Below, piece after piece: positions 13,005 through 26,419 of a stretch of 64,000 bases of DNA. Position numbers and translations under genes: made by a program. The stretch is taken from positions 2,238,070-2,302,069 of the forward strand of contig MU004236.1 in NCBI GenBank assembly GCA_010405405.1, written 5' to 3'. A model generated the notes under the pieces. It was not told the origin of the DNA. It made no database searches and saw nothing but the letters and a program-made list of their open reading frames with translations. The DNA is from Microthyrium microscopicum. Lineage: Eukaryota. Position 1 is the first letter of the stretch; each line of letters opens with the position of its first letter.

Positions 13005-16000
13005 TCAGTTATCTAGCCGATTCAACTTCCTGATCTCCGTCCAACGACTCCACTTCCCCTGCTCCAACACGTTCATCTTTCTTAATTTGCCACTTGGATT
13101 ACCCAGCACCACAGGCACCCAGTCTGTCTGCGCCCTGACCATCTTACCAAATCCTTCATTGCCTTCCCCAAAGACTGTGTCCGGAATAACCTGTACCTGC
13201 ATAAAACGCCACAGCACAAGCGTCAACGCGATAGTCAGACCAAGCAGAACACCCGCCGTCACACCAGTGCTGATCTGCGCGCCCCAATCGCGCGTCATTG
13301 CACCGCCCACACCCGTCGCACCCGCAGCAAGCAAGAAGCCAATGGCCTGGGCAGTGAAGAAGCCAGCACAGACACGCGGGAAGGACGAGTAATTTGTGCG
13401 CCGCCGACGGACGATGGTGGCCATGCTTGTGAGGCGATGTTTGGTGTTGACGCCGGGTTGTAGATCGGAAGTGTCAAAAGTTTCCATGATGAGGCCGACG
13501 CATTCGGCCATGGCGAGCGTGCTGAGGAAACCGATGATGCCAGTGAACACGGTGGGGACCATAAAGTGTACGGATCTGCCTGGGGAGCCAAGGGTGTAGG
13601 CTAGCCCGGCAAAGGGTAGGAGGATCATGAAGGCGATGCGTCGAGCCATATGGGAGCTCCAGATAACGTTGTGCTGGAGTGTTTGGCTGTCGGTGCGTGG
13701 ACGTTCCATGCGCGATCGGCTAAAGAAGTTGGCTCGGCTGAGGGGTGTGGCTAGTAGAGAGCCTATGGCGATGCTGAGGACGCAGGTGCCGACGTCTTGA
13801 GAATGGAAGCGGTAACTACGAGATAGGAGAGCACCGATGAGCTGGAGGTGTTAGCACCGACAAAAGATAATGTTGGTAAGACACTTACCACTACCACCAG
13901 AACAATCTGGGCATATATCCAGCCAATGTAGAGCGCGAGGATGAAGTAACCTGGTTGGCATAGCATCCATACGCTCAACTTCAGACCAGCAAAGACCTCC
14001 TGCCACTAATGCTTTGGTCCTTCGTCTGAGATGTGTAGCTTGACCTCTCCGCGGCCTACCAATTTCTTGATCTTTTCATGCTTGTCCATGAATTTCTTTG
14101 TGCTGCGTCGCCATGCTGATCTTCGAGTCTCTGGAGTGATGATGTTGATAGCCATAGTGATTACCAAGAGGAGACACGCAACATAGAATCCCCATTGTGG
14201 GTTGAGAGAATTGATGATGGCAGCTCCAATCGAGAACCCAATTGCGATGGATCCAAAAGAGCAAAAAGTCCAGAATCCTAACCACATACCAAGGCCACCA
14301 CCAAATCTTCGCACATCTTCAACATCCTTGACCTCTTGATGAGGAAATTCTGCTTGTAGAGATGCACCAAAGAGGTCAAGAAGAACTGTAAAGGCGTTGA
14401 TGTTGGCGAATCCAAGGAGAAAGCCGATGAGTAGTCTCGATATGAGAAGGCCAGTCCGGAAAGTGAGGTTGTTTGGATTCCGAAAAGTGTTGACGATTAT
14501 GGCCTGTGGAAATTGGAGAGGAATCGCAAAGGCCAGAGATGTCAAGATATATGGCTTGCGTCCATGCAAAAGAGGCACAGGCCAGAATATCCATGTAGAG
14601 ATTGCCAATCCAATATAGAGATAAATGTTGCCCTGGAGCGCATAATGATCTGGATCTCCGAGCTGATATTGTATCTGAGGAACTAGTCCTGCATATACTC
14701 CAATCTGGAATCCAATATTGAATGTGTTTAAGCAAGCAATGAGAGCAGTATATCGCTTTTGAAATGAATTCCATTTTCGGGCGATTGGTTGCCGCCTGAC
14801 CGGATGGATGTGACCAAGAGCTGTTTCTACAAAGTGTGGAGGACTTGGACTGAAATCTGCCCGATTAGTACTGTATGGTTCTTCGCCTTGTGGAAAAGTC
14901 GATCGATGTTTAAGGGAGGTCTTAGGAGGCATCGAATCGGCCGCCGGCATTCCTATCCATGGATCAGGAGCAGAGGGTTTTCTCGTTCTTGGTGACACTT
15001 GAGATTCGATACTCCTCTCCTGACCTCTATAACGTAATGACTCTGGGGCTTTCAGGAAGGCATCCGTCACTGCAGGTACAGGAGGGGCTTCTCTAACTGG
15101 AGGGTGGTTCGCAAAATCACGATAGTAAGACCCAGCAGCTCCCTCCATGTTTAATTGTGGCGCAAAATCTTTCATTTTAGCCTGATGGCGACTACCAGCT
15201 CTTGATGCAATCTCGCGTCTCTGGTGCTTGGGGACTGGCGGAGGAGGAGCAGCTCTTGACGGTCCTGATTCCAGATCTACAGTAGAGAATGATTCAAGGG
15301 ATTGGTTTGCCTGTGGATGCGGAATGTCATGGGGCATGTCCGATGAACCATCTAGTTCTGAAGGTGAGTAGTAACGGCGTCTTTCAAGACCATGGCTGGA
15401 TATTGCAAAGTCCACGGCTTCGTTGCTGACTGTAACGACATTATCCATCAAAGAGTCCAGATGCCGCATTGTCATGGTCAGCTTTTCCCTGTCATCAAAT
15501 TCATTGGGCTCTGTGCGGAGAATCTTTTCAGTAGCATTGGGTCTTAGTGCATGAGGTGAGACGATATCAATCGATGTACTGCTTCCAGTCGATGGAGGGT
15601 GATCAATGGTCACAACCTGGTCATCGAAATGTGCTGTTCTGCTTTTTTTCAACTTTAGAATCTGCGGGTGAGAAGTGGAGGTAGAAAGCTTTCCAAGAGC
15701 CAAGGCTTGAGCCTTTAAGCGGAATGCTTCTTTCGGTGAAGCTTGAGCCCTGGATCATAAGTTAGGCATTTAAATTTGGATCTTGGATGTTTTGACTTGC
15801 TTTTTAACCATGAGAAATGATGCTTCTTCTTTTTGTCTAGGATATGAACGTCCTGTGGAACTGGAATTTCCTCTGGGATTGGAAGCTCCTGATTTGAGCC
15901 TTCTGAAACCGCGGTTTCTTGGGTTGGGTCTTGCTGTGAGTGTAATGTACTTTGTGCACTACCAAGCTGGACCTGCAGGCTGGGGCTGACTTGGGACTCT

Positions 16001-16398
16001 GTGCCGTCTTCAAGCTCTGTCTCTTGAGGATCTGGATTATCTTGAAACTTTAGCCTATCGTCTAGTTCTGGAATGCCTTGAGTCTGTGGACCGTCTTGAG
16101 GCTCTGATGTGTCTTGAAGTTCCTCTGGGCAGTTTTGGTCCTCTGCGTTATTTAGGAGCGCTGGATTGTCTTGGGCCTCTGGGCTCTCCTGAACCTTTGG
16201 GCTGTAAGGTTGGTCGAGGGCTGTTGCAAAGGTTGGTCGAGGACTAATGAACTGCAACGGAGAAGAAATTTCTGTGTCTGTTCTAGCTAGAGAAGCTTGT
16301 GGTCGTATAGCACGAGTACCGATTGATTCGGGATTCTTTTGTTGTCGATGGAAGGTAAGAAATGAGAGAGGTGCTTTCTTCGCGGCGTCTTCACTCAT
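13005..16398 (-). pseudogene. MFS transporter (fungal polyamine/drug:H+ antiporter-like) with long disordered N-terminus; in-frame TAG at 14006-14008
   Basis: Joins ORFs 15715-16398, 14006-15703, 13763-13978 and 13005-13709. Hydrophobic MFS helices ('PIARKW..KR', 'LLHGRKPY'); probable intron near 15740-15790 (CCTAAC branch, CCAG acceptor, weak donor); clear GT-AG intron 13888-13842. The frame continues through the TAG (GPKH*WQEVFAGLKLSVWML). Confidence 0.8.
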
Positions 16399-16621
16399 TT
16401 GCCCAACGAAGATGAGATGTCGGTTTCACAGGTGTAGGAATCAAGGTGCATGAAATGAATAGGGATGGAAGAGTAACAAAAAGACGATAACAAAAGGAGA
16501 GCGGTATAGAAGAACAAGTATGAAGGACGAGAAGACTTTGGTAGCAGTGTTTGCAATGGCTCGCAGGTAGCTCAGGTATTGCAGTGACGAAACTGCCTGC
16601 TTCAAAAAAGCACCTGTTCCT

Positions 16622-17530
16622 TCAAGAAGTTGGTCCGACCTTGCTCACGTCGGCATATACATCAAATCGTCGCTGCGAGTACACGGGAATACCTTTCCGT
16701 ACCTCCTCAATTCTATCGCCCGACAGTTCTGCAATAACAATGCCTTCTTTTTCATCAAGATGCCCAAGTGACTCTGCGTTTGGGTCCACAATCATGCTAT
16801 GACCCCAAGCATGATAATCAGCGCTCATATCCCTTGCTGGACTGCACAGTCCCACATATGCTTGGTTATCAACAGCGCGGGACCGTGCCAACAGCTCCCA
16901 ATGTGCTGGGCCAGTGGTCATGTTGAAGGCTCCCGGATAGAGCAGGAGAAAAGCACCTTTCCTTGCGGCTATAGTCGCTAGTTCCGGGAAGCGGATGTCG
17001 TAGCAAATGGCAATCCCTATTTTGCCATATTCTGGCAAGTCCACCATGGTGATATCATTGCCCGGGGAAAGAACTTCAGACTCCTTGAATTTAATTTTGC
17101 CAGGAATGTCAATGTCAAACAAATGCACTTTCCGGTGAGTGGCAATGAGCTCCCCAGTAGGCGAGAAGGTCAAACAAGTGTTGTACAAATCTTTGCTGGT
17201 TGGGTGCTTCTCCGGGATGCTTCCACCGACTAGGTACACCTGGGCCTCAGCAGCCAACTTGGACAATGCGTGAAAAGATGGTGACTGCTCGGCTGTTGGC
17301 GGCGATGGGAGCAGAGTTTCGGCATAGCTGCCAAAATACTTGGTTCCATAGGGGGAATTGAAGCATTCAGGCAACACAACAATCCGAGCTTTGTGCTCGT
17401 TCACTGCTTCCAGAACCTTAGCACGGGCATGGGAGAGGTTATGAGCCTTATCGGCCGTGCATGCCAGCTGGACCAGAGCAAGACGAACAGGTTGTTTGAG
17501 TAGCTTAGCCATTGTAGGAAAATTGACCAT
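16622..17530 (-). CDS. NIT3: Carbon-nitrogen hydrolase, omega-amidase (yeast Nit3 / mammalian Nit2-like)
   Basis: Nitrilase-superfamily triad motifs LPECFNSPYG (E), HRKVHLFDIDIPG (K), ICYDIRFPE (C); intronless; the start may be the second Met (MAKLL, 17512). Confidence 0.92.
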   Translation of the reverse strand: MVNFPTMAKLLKQPVRLALVQLACTADKAHNLSHARAKVLEAVNEHKARIVVLPECFNSPYGTKYFGSYAETLLPSPPTAEQSPSFHALSKLAAEAQVYLVGGSIPEKHPTSKDLYNTCLTFSPTGELIATHRKVHLFDIDIPGKIKFKESEVLSPGNDITMVDLPEYGKIGIAICYDIRFPELATIAARKGAFLLLYPGAFNMTTGPAHWELLARSRAVDNQAYVGLCSPARDMSADYHAWGHSMIVDPNAESLGHLDEKEGIVIAELSGDRIEEVRKGIPVYSQRRFDVYADVSKVGPTS

Positions 17531-19334
17531 ATGTTGATATTGGTGTTGATCTCAAGCTCTTGACGTAAAGAATGTAGTTGCATGGGGCAAACTTGTCTAG
17601 AGTTTGATCCACAGCTTATGCAGCCCCTTGTCCTCTATCAAGCCTGACAACCTGACCATCGTCACTGCTTATCCATTACTAACTTCCCAGTGATACTTTC
17701 TCAGAGCTCCAGGCTCCTTCTTGATCCGAGCGCCGGCCTCATTACAGCAAGTGCTCAACACGGATATCAATTCATTACTTGATTAGGCAGGATATCGGGT
17801 GATTACGTCTTTCTATGGAACATTGAAGCTATGGCTACCAGCAGCAGTCACTGGAAATGAGCGCCTGAGCAAGAGCATGGACTTTTGTAGAAGGTTTGAA
17901 GGGTATAAAGCCTGTTGCTCTTGCTTCCTAAGTTCCTCTTTCTTTATCAACACTTTCCTCATCTACTTTTGGCTTTTTTGAGCAGGCACGTTTGTGCCAA
18001 AAAGTTGGGGATGGTAGGTGCAGGTAAGTATCTTTCCTTCTTGAACTAGCCATCGTTACTCATGAATATTCAGGCGCCTCCTACCCAAAAGCGCAGTCTC
18101 CTCTTGTAGGTCGGCCCTGCTTCTTGGGAGACTTCACATCATGGTCGTTGCTTGAATGGGCAATCGCGATACCTCCGCCTGGACTTCCATGTCTGGAGGA
18201 TGAGACTTCCCACACCGACTACATCAATTTTAGGGATCTTGGACTGGGAGCTGGACTTCCACCAAAATCTGCGATAATTGCAAATCAGGTTTGCCTGGAG
18301 CCTTGCCAGCAAACAACCCAACTCCATCCTCGGGACTTTGCAGTCAGCATCCAACCCGGATTCGGTTTCGTGCAGGGCGCCACAATTACATGAACTATCA
18401 TCTCAGGATGGTTGCCCTGTCCTGTCTGTTCTCGGGCCGCTTCACCTCTAATCTGCTATAACTGCAAATCAGGTGTTCTTGGAACCTTGCCGGCAAACTC
18501 AATCCAAATCTTGGGACTATGCAGTCCAGGATTCAATGCGGATTCTGTTTCGTGCAGGGTCCGGCCACAAAAACATGATCAATTGTCCCAGGATGTCGGA
18601 GGGTCCTTGCGGATCCAAAGTAACATGCTTAATTTGGACATCCGCTAAGCTTCTAACATGGGATGTCAAGAAAACACATCAGGACCGGCCTCCCGTCTGG
18701 TTCCGACTTGGCCAAGAAAACATCTCAGGACCGGCCTTCGTCCTGGATGTGCCGCAGTTCGTTCTCACGACTGGAGATGTCTTCCTTTTGCCTCAAAGCC
18801 TTCAGCCTTGTTGAAGTTGAAATAAAGAAGACCTCGGCCGTGCACCCACGTGCACAACACGGATGCCAGAGAGAGTACCTGGCAGTCCAAAAAAGTGACA
18901 GTTTTAGCTCATGAGCGGGGAAATTTCTCTCAAGGCAAACGCATGGCCTTTTGTTCTGTAAAATAGACTACACTTCAGCATTGAATCTGCGTGGTGGAGG
19001 GTGGTGGAAGAAAAAATCAGAAAACTGTTGCCCTTGCTTTTTTGCTGCGCATGTGAACTTGTGCGATTTCTTTGTTGTGACAAAATTCCCTACAAAGCCT
19101 TTGATCGTTTTAACTGCAGAGTCTAATGAACATGAAGAACAGAAGTCGAGATCTTTGAATTCGCTAAAATTCCACACCGAATACCAAAGTTACCGGTGTT
19201 CCAATCAAGCAAAAACACCTAGTAATGCATCAATCAATGCCCCGAACACCAAACTTGCTAACAGGACAAACAAACAAACAAACCGCCCCCCCAAAATGGC
19301 CAATAGTCAGCTCCGTAGCTGTGTCAAAGGATGC

Positions 19335-22300
19335 TTATCCTTTCATGTTGGCCAAGAAATTATCTAGGTTGTACTCTTCTTCATACTGCTTTTCGTCCCA
19401 CAGAGCCGCAACGTCATCCAAGAAATGTCGCTGGCCCTTTGTCCGCATCTCACCCGTCTGGTCCACTGCATCTTCCTCTGAGATGCCAGCATTGCCGTTG
19501 GCGCCTGCTGGCTCTGGCATTGCGGGTACTCCTTCGGCTGTTGATGATATGTTGAAGAGATCCAGTAGTGTATCGGTCTCCATGCTTCCAAGAGCAGAGT
19601 TTTGTTGGTTGACGACGGTGGATGCTACGTCGATCTTGAATCGTTGGAGACTGGAGATGGTTAGTAATGTATGGTGTTGGCAGATTGAGAGGGACTTACT
19701 TGAGGATCTTTTCTTCCAGGGTACCGCGTGTGACAATGCGGTATACGTTGACGACCTTCTTTTGGCCAATACGATGAGCGCGATCCATGGCTTGCATATC
19801 TTTCTGTGGGTTCCAATCATGTTCCACGAAGATGACAGTATCAGCGCCAGTAAGATTGAGACCGAGACCACCGACATTGGTGGTAAGAAGCAAGCAATCG
19901 TATGATGGGTCAGTATTGAAGCGGTTGACGATATCCTGGCGCTTGCTGGCTTCTACCGAGCCATCCAGACGCAGGTACTGAACTGAGGGAAGAATTTTCT
20001 GGAAGACCTGTGTCTGGACCATGTCCAGCATTTCCTTCATTTGACAGAATATCAGGGCACGATGTTGGCTCACGGCGCCGGACTCAGCAACAGAGAATGC
20101 GTTTTGTGGTTCGGTATCGGCAACACCGATGCCGCAGTCGACAAGCAAGTCCTTCAGAGCAGTAAGCTTTGGCGCATGCGCGATATCAGTGAGTGACGAA
20201 TTTTTCGCGGCAAGCATCTTGTTGATTTTGTCATACTGCTTGTGAGTTTCCTTGACGACTAGAGAAGGAGAGTTGCAAAGCTTGCGCATGTATTGCAGCG
20301 CTTGGAAAATATGGCGCTGCCCTTCGCTAGATTTCTCCGACGCGGCTTCATGGATACGATCTTTTTCTACTCGGCCAAAGTCTTCGAACAGTCTCCGCTG
20401 CAGATCAGAAAGATCACAGTAATAATTCTGAATGATCTTCGGTGGCAAGTCATCGAGAACCTCTTCTTTGAGACGACGAAGCAAGAATGGCAAGACTTGC
20501 TTGTGAAGCGCTTCGATAGCCAGCGCACCGGCTTCTTGCTCCTTGCTACTCGATTTCGCATTGCGGCTTGCAGCAATCGGCTTTGCGAAACGGTCTTGGA
20601 AGACCTTCTCGGAGCCAAGGAAACCAGGCATCAAAAAGTCGAACAAAGACCAGAGCTCCAAGACATTGTTCTGAATTGGTGTTCCGGACAGGATCAATCG
20701 ATGGTAGCTCTTGAATGACTTGACAGCAATCGTAGTTTTTGCCTTGGGATTCTTGATCAGATGCCCTTCATCCAAGATGCAATAGTTCCAAATGATTGGA
20801 TTTAGGATAGCAACATCGTTTCGGCACACTTCATACGATGTGATGACAACATCCACTTGATCTAGCAAGTGTCGAACTTTGTTACGTTCGGCAGGAGGAC
20901 CTGTGTATGTGACAGCTTTGAGGAACGGAGCAAAGCGCGCTATTTCTTGTTGCCAATGGCCAGAAAGAGTTGGTGGACAGACAATTAGGGTAGGCAATTT
21001 GCGGCTATCCGGATTCTGAGACTTTTCGAATTCTTCATTGCGAAGATAGTGATCACTGGCAACCACGCACAACGTTTGCAAAGTCTTGCCCAGTCCCATA
21101 TCATCACAAAGAATGCCATGGAGGCTGTATCTGTTAAGAAACGCCAGCCAATTGACACCATCTTGTTGGTAGGGTCGTAGTGTAGCCTCGATCTTGACCG
21201 GAATCTTGAAATCCTCTGCTTTCTTAGGATCGAGCATCTGCGCGATAAAATTGCGCTCACGCTCTCGTCCTTTGAGAAGCTCTTCGGAAAATCCAGGGGG
21301 ATCCGGAATACCTGCTTCAAGCGGAACTAGCTTGACTAGAGTTGCAAAGGTAGTGGCTGCGATAAGGCGGACATCATTGTCATTATCGCTCATTCGTCCA
21401 AGAACTGGAACAATGAGGAATATGACATACGGCAGAATACCATCTTCCATGACATGAATAAGATGGTAGATACTCTCAATACCACCTTGCCGACAATGAA
21501 CATCCAGCGGACTATTGATTGAAGGAAGTACTTTATCGACTAGTAGTGTTATTCCTTCAACCGTCATGACGCTGCAGATTGTAGAGAAGCATTTGGCGGC
21601 AATGTATCGAAAAACAGCAAGCTTAGATCGCAGGGCTTTCGCAATTATTGGCAGCATCTCGCTGACGAATGGATACAAGTCCTTGTGGAATTTGGGAACC
21701 AAGGCACGAAGTGTTGAGAGACTGTCAACAACTTCCTGACCAAAGTTGTTCTCTGGGCTGTCAATATCAGCCGGAAGTTCGTCAGTATCGAATGCTTCCT
21801 TGAGTGGTCGCTCGATGAGACCCCGAAGTACAGGTATTCGATCAAACAGATCTTTCCCAAATGTAACAACAAGCTGCTCCAAGGCTTCTTTCGAACCACG
21901 GCGCATAATTCTCGCGGCTCTAGCTTCGCGCTCGAATTTTGCTGCATCCGGATGATCTCGAACGTCTTCTTCCTTTTTGAGTGACAGAATGCCATTTGAC
22001 ATTCCCACATTAGCATGGAACTCTGGGGTTTCCGCAGTCTCCGTACAGTAAAATTTGACTAGATTGCCAACGACCTTGTCAGACACTTTAGTCTTGCCAG
22101 AGCTGACCATGAAACCAACAAGGGCAGCGACCGCAGCAGCCGAACGCTTTTGCATGTCAAAGTTTTCCTCAGTCTTCACGCTATCCATCATGGCCTTGAT
22201 AGTGAGAGCAGGTTTCTTAGGCATGTCGCGAAGAATAACCACAGCAGCGGCAGCGGCAGCCTTGACTCGAATATCACGTTTGTCTTTGGACATTTTGGCT

Positions 22301-25236
22301 TCTTCAATCGCGTCTATTGCAGTGGCTCGGGTATCACCCAGAGATGCCTCATGGGCTTTCTTTTGATGAATCGTCATCTTGTTGAAAAGAACATCGTAAT
22401 CTTGGAAAACAATCTTCTCGGCATCGACAACTCCAAATGCATAGCGACTAGCATTGGGATCACCCTGCACGACTGCAGCCATCGATGGCAATTTTGGAGG
22501 AGCAAGATTGTTCTCAAACACTGTCGAGAAGACAGTAATGAGCGCTTGGCATTGACCACGGACAATGTGAAGGTACGACGTGAGATCGGTGTAGAATATT
22601 GGGGGTTCGCCTTCGACGATTGGACGTAGTGCTTTGGTAAACGTTGCAGCAAGTTCGTCTTGCTCTGTCAAGCATTTGGCGAATTCTTCAATAACAAAGC
22701 ACGCGTGTTGCTGCGAAGAGGCATATGAGGATCTGAGGAAAGGTGTAACTTTCTGTCCGAACTCTTGCAATCTGGATTCAACAGGCCAAAGCGAAATGGC
22801 CAAACCTAGTGCCTGAGCTGACGCCAGTTTGTTGCGTACGATAACATCAGTGCCAATCAAATCAGTGTCGCCTTCCATAGCGGAACCGTCGATATTGTGT
22901 GAGCGAGCACCCCACGAGTTCTGCTCTTCTTTCTCAGATTTGGCAGATTTCCGTCGCTTTTTGGCGGGTTCTGAGCCATTAGCTGGAGAAATCCGTCGCT
23001 GAGTTGGAGCATTTGCTGTATAAGCCTCGCCAGTAGGTTTTACGAAAAGGGTGACGTCCATGGGGATAGGATTACGTGAAACGCCGATGGGATGCATCGT
23101 AAGCTTGACCAAGATGTCTGATATTGATGCGAGTTGTTCGGCAAATTGGCCACCATCCTGGAGAGTTTGAACCAAGGCTCGCCAAACTTGGAGAGACAGG
23201 TTCAACACTTGATCATTTCGCTCCAAAACAATGTTCTGAAATATCAGTCGCAGAGATAAAGAGCTAATCCAGCCCTTGGATTCTTGTCCTGGAATCTCTA
23301 GAAAGGTGAGCAATGCTCGAAGAACAGAGGATCGTACAGTTGTGATGGTGTGACGGAGAAAGGGGAAGAGTCGCGGAACGAGATTGGCAAATGAGAGTTC
23401 TTCGTCCTGCAAAGCATTGCGTTGCATGGCTTCGAGGACTTCGGGGAAGCTGCATAACTTAGCAAGAAAGTCCATGATGTTGCCAGTGCTGGCAGTTAGA
23501 TCGTCAGTGAGATCCGTCAAGCTGTTCCAAACGATAAGGATGAGATTGTCAAGTGTACTTAGCCTATTCGAGACGATATCTTTAGCAATAGGTATAAGTG
23601 TAGCAGCGCTGACAGATCGAATATCATCATCAACATTTTCCAGTCCACGCATGGTACATTCTAAGACCCCGTCCATGATTTTCGGGGATTTCTGCAGTAA
23701 ATCATCTCGAGTTGAGACGAGGTAACGCATGCCCGAAAGAGCACCGTGACGAGGTTGCCAGATTTGATCCAGTAGTGACAGCAAGTCATCGTCCATGACA
23801 AGTCGGCGAAGTATTTCGAATGTTTCCGTGACAGAAGACTCGGGCATATGAATTAAAGCTGCGGCTAGAGTTTGCGCAGCTGATTCTCGAATAGGAGCAA
23901 CCGCTGTATCCGAGGCAAAATCAATGTATCGATCGAGCATGAAAATACAGCATACTCGGCATGCTAGGTCGTCAAGCCATCGTTTGTTAAGGAGATCATT
24001 CTCTCGTCGTGACTTTCCTAGCATTCGGCCGGCACCAGATCCATGGACACGAAGAATCTCTCGGAGACCCATTGCAGCGCCATGGCGAACCTCCCACTTA
24101 TGATCAAATAGATCAGTGACCAAAAATTCGCATACACGTGTAAAGGGCCACTCGCTGCCGTCTTCCTCTGCCTCTGTGACAAATGCAGATTTTTCTCGTA
24201 TAGCTTCTCCTTTAAACTCTTTCACCAAGGCACCTTCATCTTCGCCCTTTTCAAGTGAGAAGTAGTCAGAAGCTCCGTTCTCTTCCTCTTCAGATCTCGC
24301 ACCCGTCTTGATTGGAAATGGAGTTGGCGCAGTTGGTGTCTCTGGGATGTCCGCGATGCTACCTTTTCGATCGTTGAAGTCAACCACCCGTATTTTGCTA
24401 GCGTTGTGCTTGGCTTCCATCTTGAGTTTTCGCTTGAGTACGTTTCGCTGGCGAGCGCTGACACCACCACCGGGTGTACGTGGCTCGGCTGATAAAGGCA
24501 CACCCGCAGATGCGATCGAGTCATTCCGCTTAAGAGTTGCGACTGAAGTATCAAGCATGGGTGTCGGAACGAGGATAGAGCTCTTTGGAGCCTCAACCAC
24601 TGGCTCAACATATTTACCGTTAAGTCCTAGTCGAGATTTGAGAGAATTTTTCTCCGCTCGCAGTCGCTCAAAGGCATCCATGCCGTTGAACTTCTGCTCG
24701 CAATCTGGCCCTCCATCACGAACCAGAAGAAGACCATGCTGGAGAATCAGGGGTATGTCGAGCTCCGAGAAAGCAAGGTGATTGGGCGAAGGACCGTGAC
24801 CATTAGATGCCAATCCATTTTTCCCATTGGTTTCTTCTTCAACCTCGTCTTTGAGGTTGTCTAGTGTCGAAACTTTTGGCTCTTCGGCGTCTTCTTCATT
24901 AGGATCGTATTTGACGGTGTTATCAACGATGCCGCCAAGCGCTTTGGCAGCAGCTGCACGACTGTCCCAGGACTTTTTGCTCAGACAAGGAACTACAAGG
25001 TTTAACAGATTGTAGAGCTCATCTGGATGAGATTTTTGGATATCTGCCAATTGTTGGGCAGCAGTGTTGCGAATTAAAGCTGTATGACCAGTGTCGAGAA
25101 GTCTAAAGAACTGTTAGCTGTTACCATCAGGCTGAGGGTGTGAAGTTTCTTACTTGACAAGCCGATCGAGTCTAGAGAGGAATTAGTGATGATGCTTAGT
25201 CGAAGGTTTATACCAAGCTTACCGTGTGTCAGTCAT
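19335..25236 (-). CDS. MOT1: TBP-associated SNF2 ATPase Mot1/BTAF1
   Basis: Exons 25236-25223, 25171-25154, 25102-19700, 19650-19335 give MTDTRLDRLVKLLDTG...; HEAT-repeat N-terminus; SNF2 motifs CDDMGLGKT, DEGH, SGTPIQNN, QAMDRAHRIGQ; C-terminal 'LWDEKQYEEEYNLDNFL'. Confidence 0.97.
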
Positions 25237-26419
25237 GATAGAAGAGAATTAGCATGAAGGTTCATTAGAAGAATTATGGGAGCCTGAGGCAATAGGTGTT
25301 GAAGGAAAAAAAAGGTCGAAGGATGTTGAAGGCGGCATGGGGTTGCGCCTTTTATTAGTATTCAACAGGGAAACATTTCAATTGCCGGTAGGCAGGTGAA
25401 GGTCTTATCAGGTGGTGTCGAGATCAAGTGGTAGTGAGTGGTATGTTGATGTTGATTGATGTTGATGGTGATGGTTGAGCAATAAATGGTAGGCGCAAGG
25501 CTGAAAACAAGGCAAGAACGCTCGATTGGATTCCTAAGGGGAGAAGGCGCGATGTGACCGAAAAGGGAAGGTAGCCCTGGCAAGTCAGAGACCCTGGAGT
25601 TCGGAGCTTCAGTGGATCGAAGTCGGATGGCGCGCCTGCTTAAGTATCCAACGGCCTCGCGCACTTGCTGCACTTAAGGTCAATAAAAACTTGGCACGCT
25701 AATCTCTACGTGGCCTAGCGCTCATCGACTTTTTGCGCCTGCCTGTTCGCTGGGAAATGCCTTGCCTTGTCCATCTTTTCAAAGCAATTCCATACATTCC
25801 CCTCTTTCGTTATCAAATTATCTGATCGTGATAGAATATTTGTCCATCAGTCTCGCTCTCAATCTCTAAATACGCCTTTTAGGGTTGTGCGACACTGTCC
25901 TGTCACGCCATCGTCCGCAAACGTCTGAAGATTAATGTCCACCCTCCCTGTCTTTGCATGTGGGCCCAATGCCCATGGAGCTTGGCCTCGCAAGTAAACC
26001 AGTCAGCCTTCAAGACAGTTTGCAATCAAACCTCCATCTCTTTTCATCCAACTTTAACCACTTCCCAATCGCCAGACATTTCACCAACATACCCGCCCAT
26101 CTCTGTTCATCTTGAATCCTGTCAGATGCCCATGTTGTGTTCTTCCTTGATCCCGCCGGCTTCCCACAAGTAGGGATGACAGCCGGATGTTGACGCCATC
26201 CAGCCAATTAAATCACTCTCAGCACGCGTTCAAGCTTGGAGGTGCCACTTTTTGGAGAGCCACCCGCCACCAGTTTTCAGGCCAGATTGCAACCTTCTTT
26301 CGATTAAATCCTGGAAGATATCGTGAAAGTTGGTATCGTAGCTTTTGCGGAAACAGGCCGCCGCGATCAGGTAATGTTATGATACCATGACTTCGATTTT
26401 ATGTTGTAGATTTTGCTTA

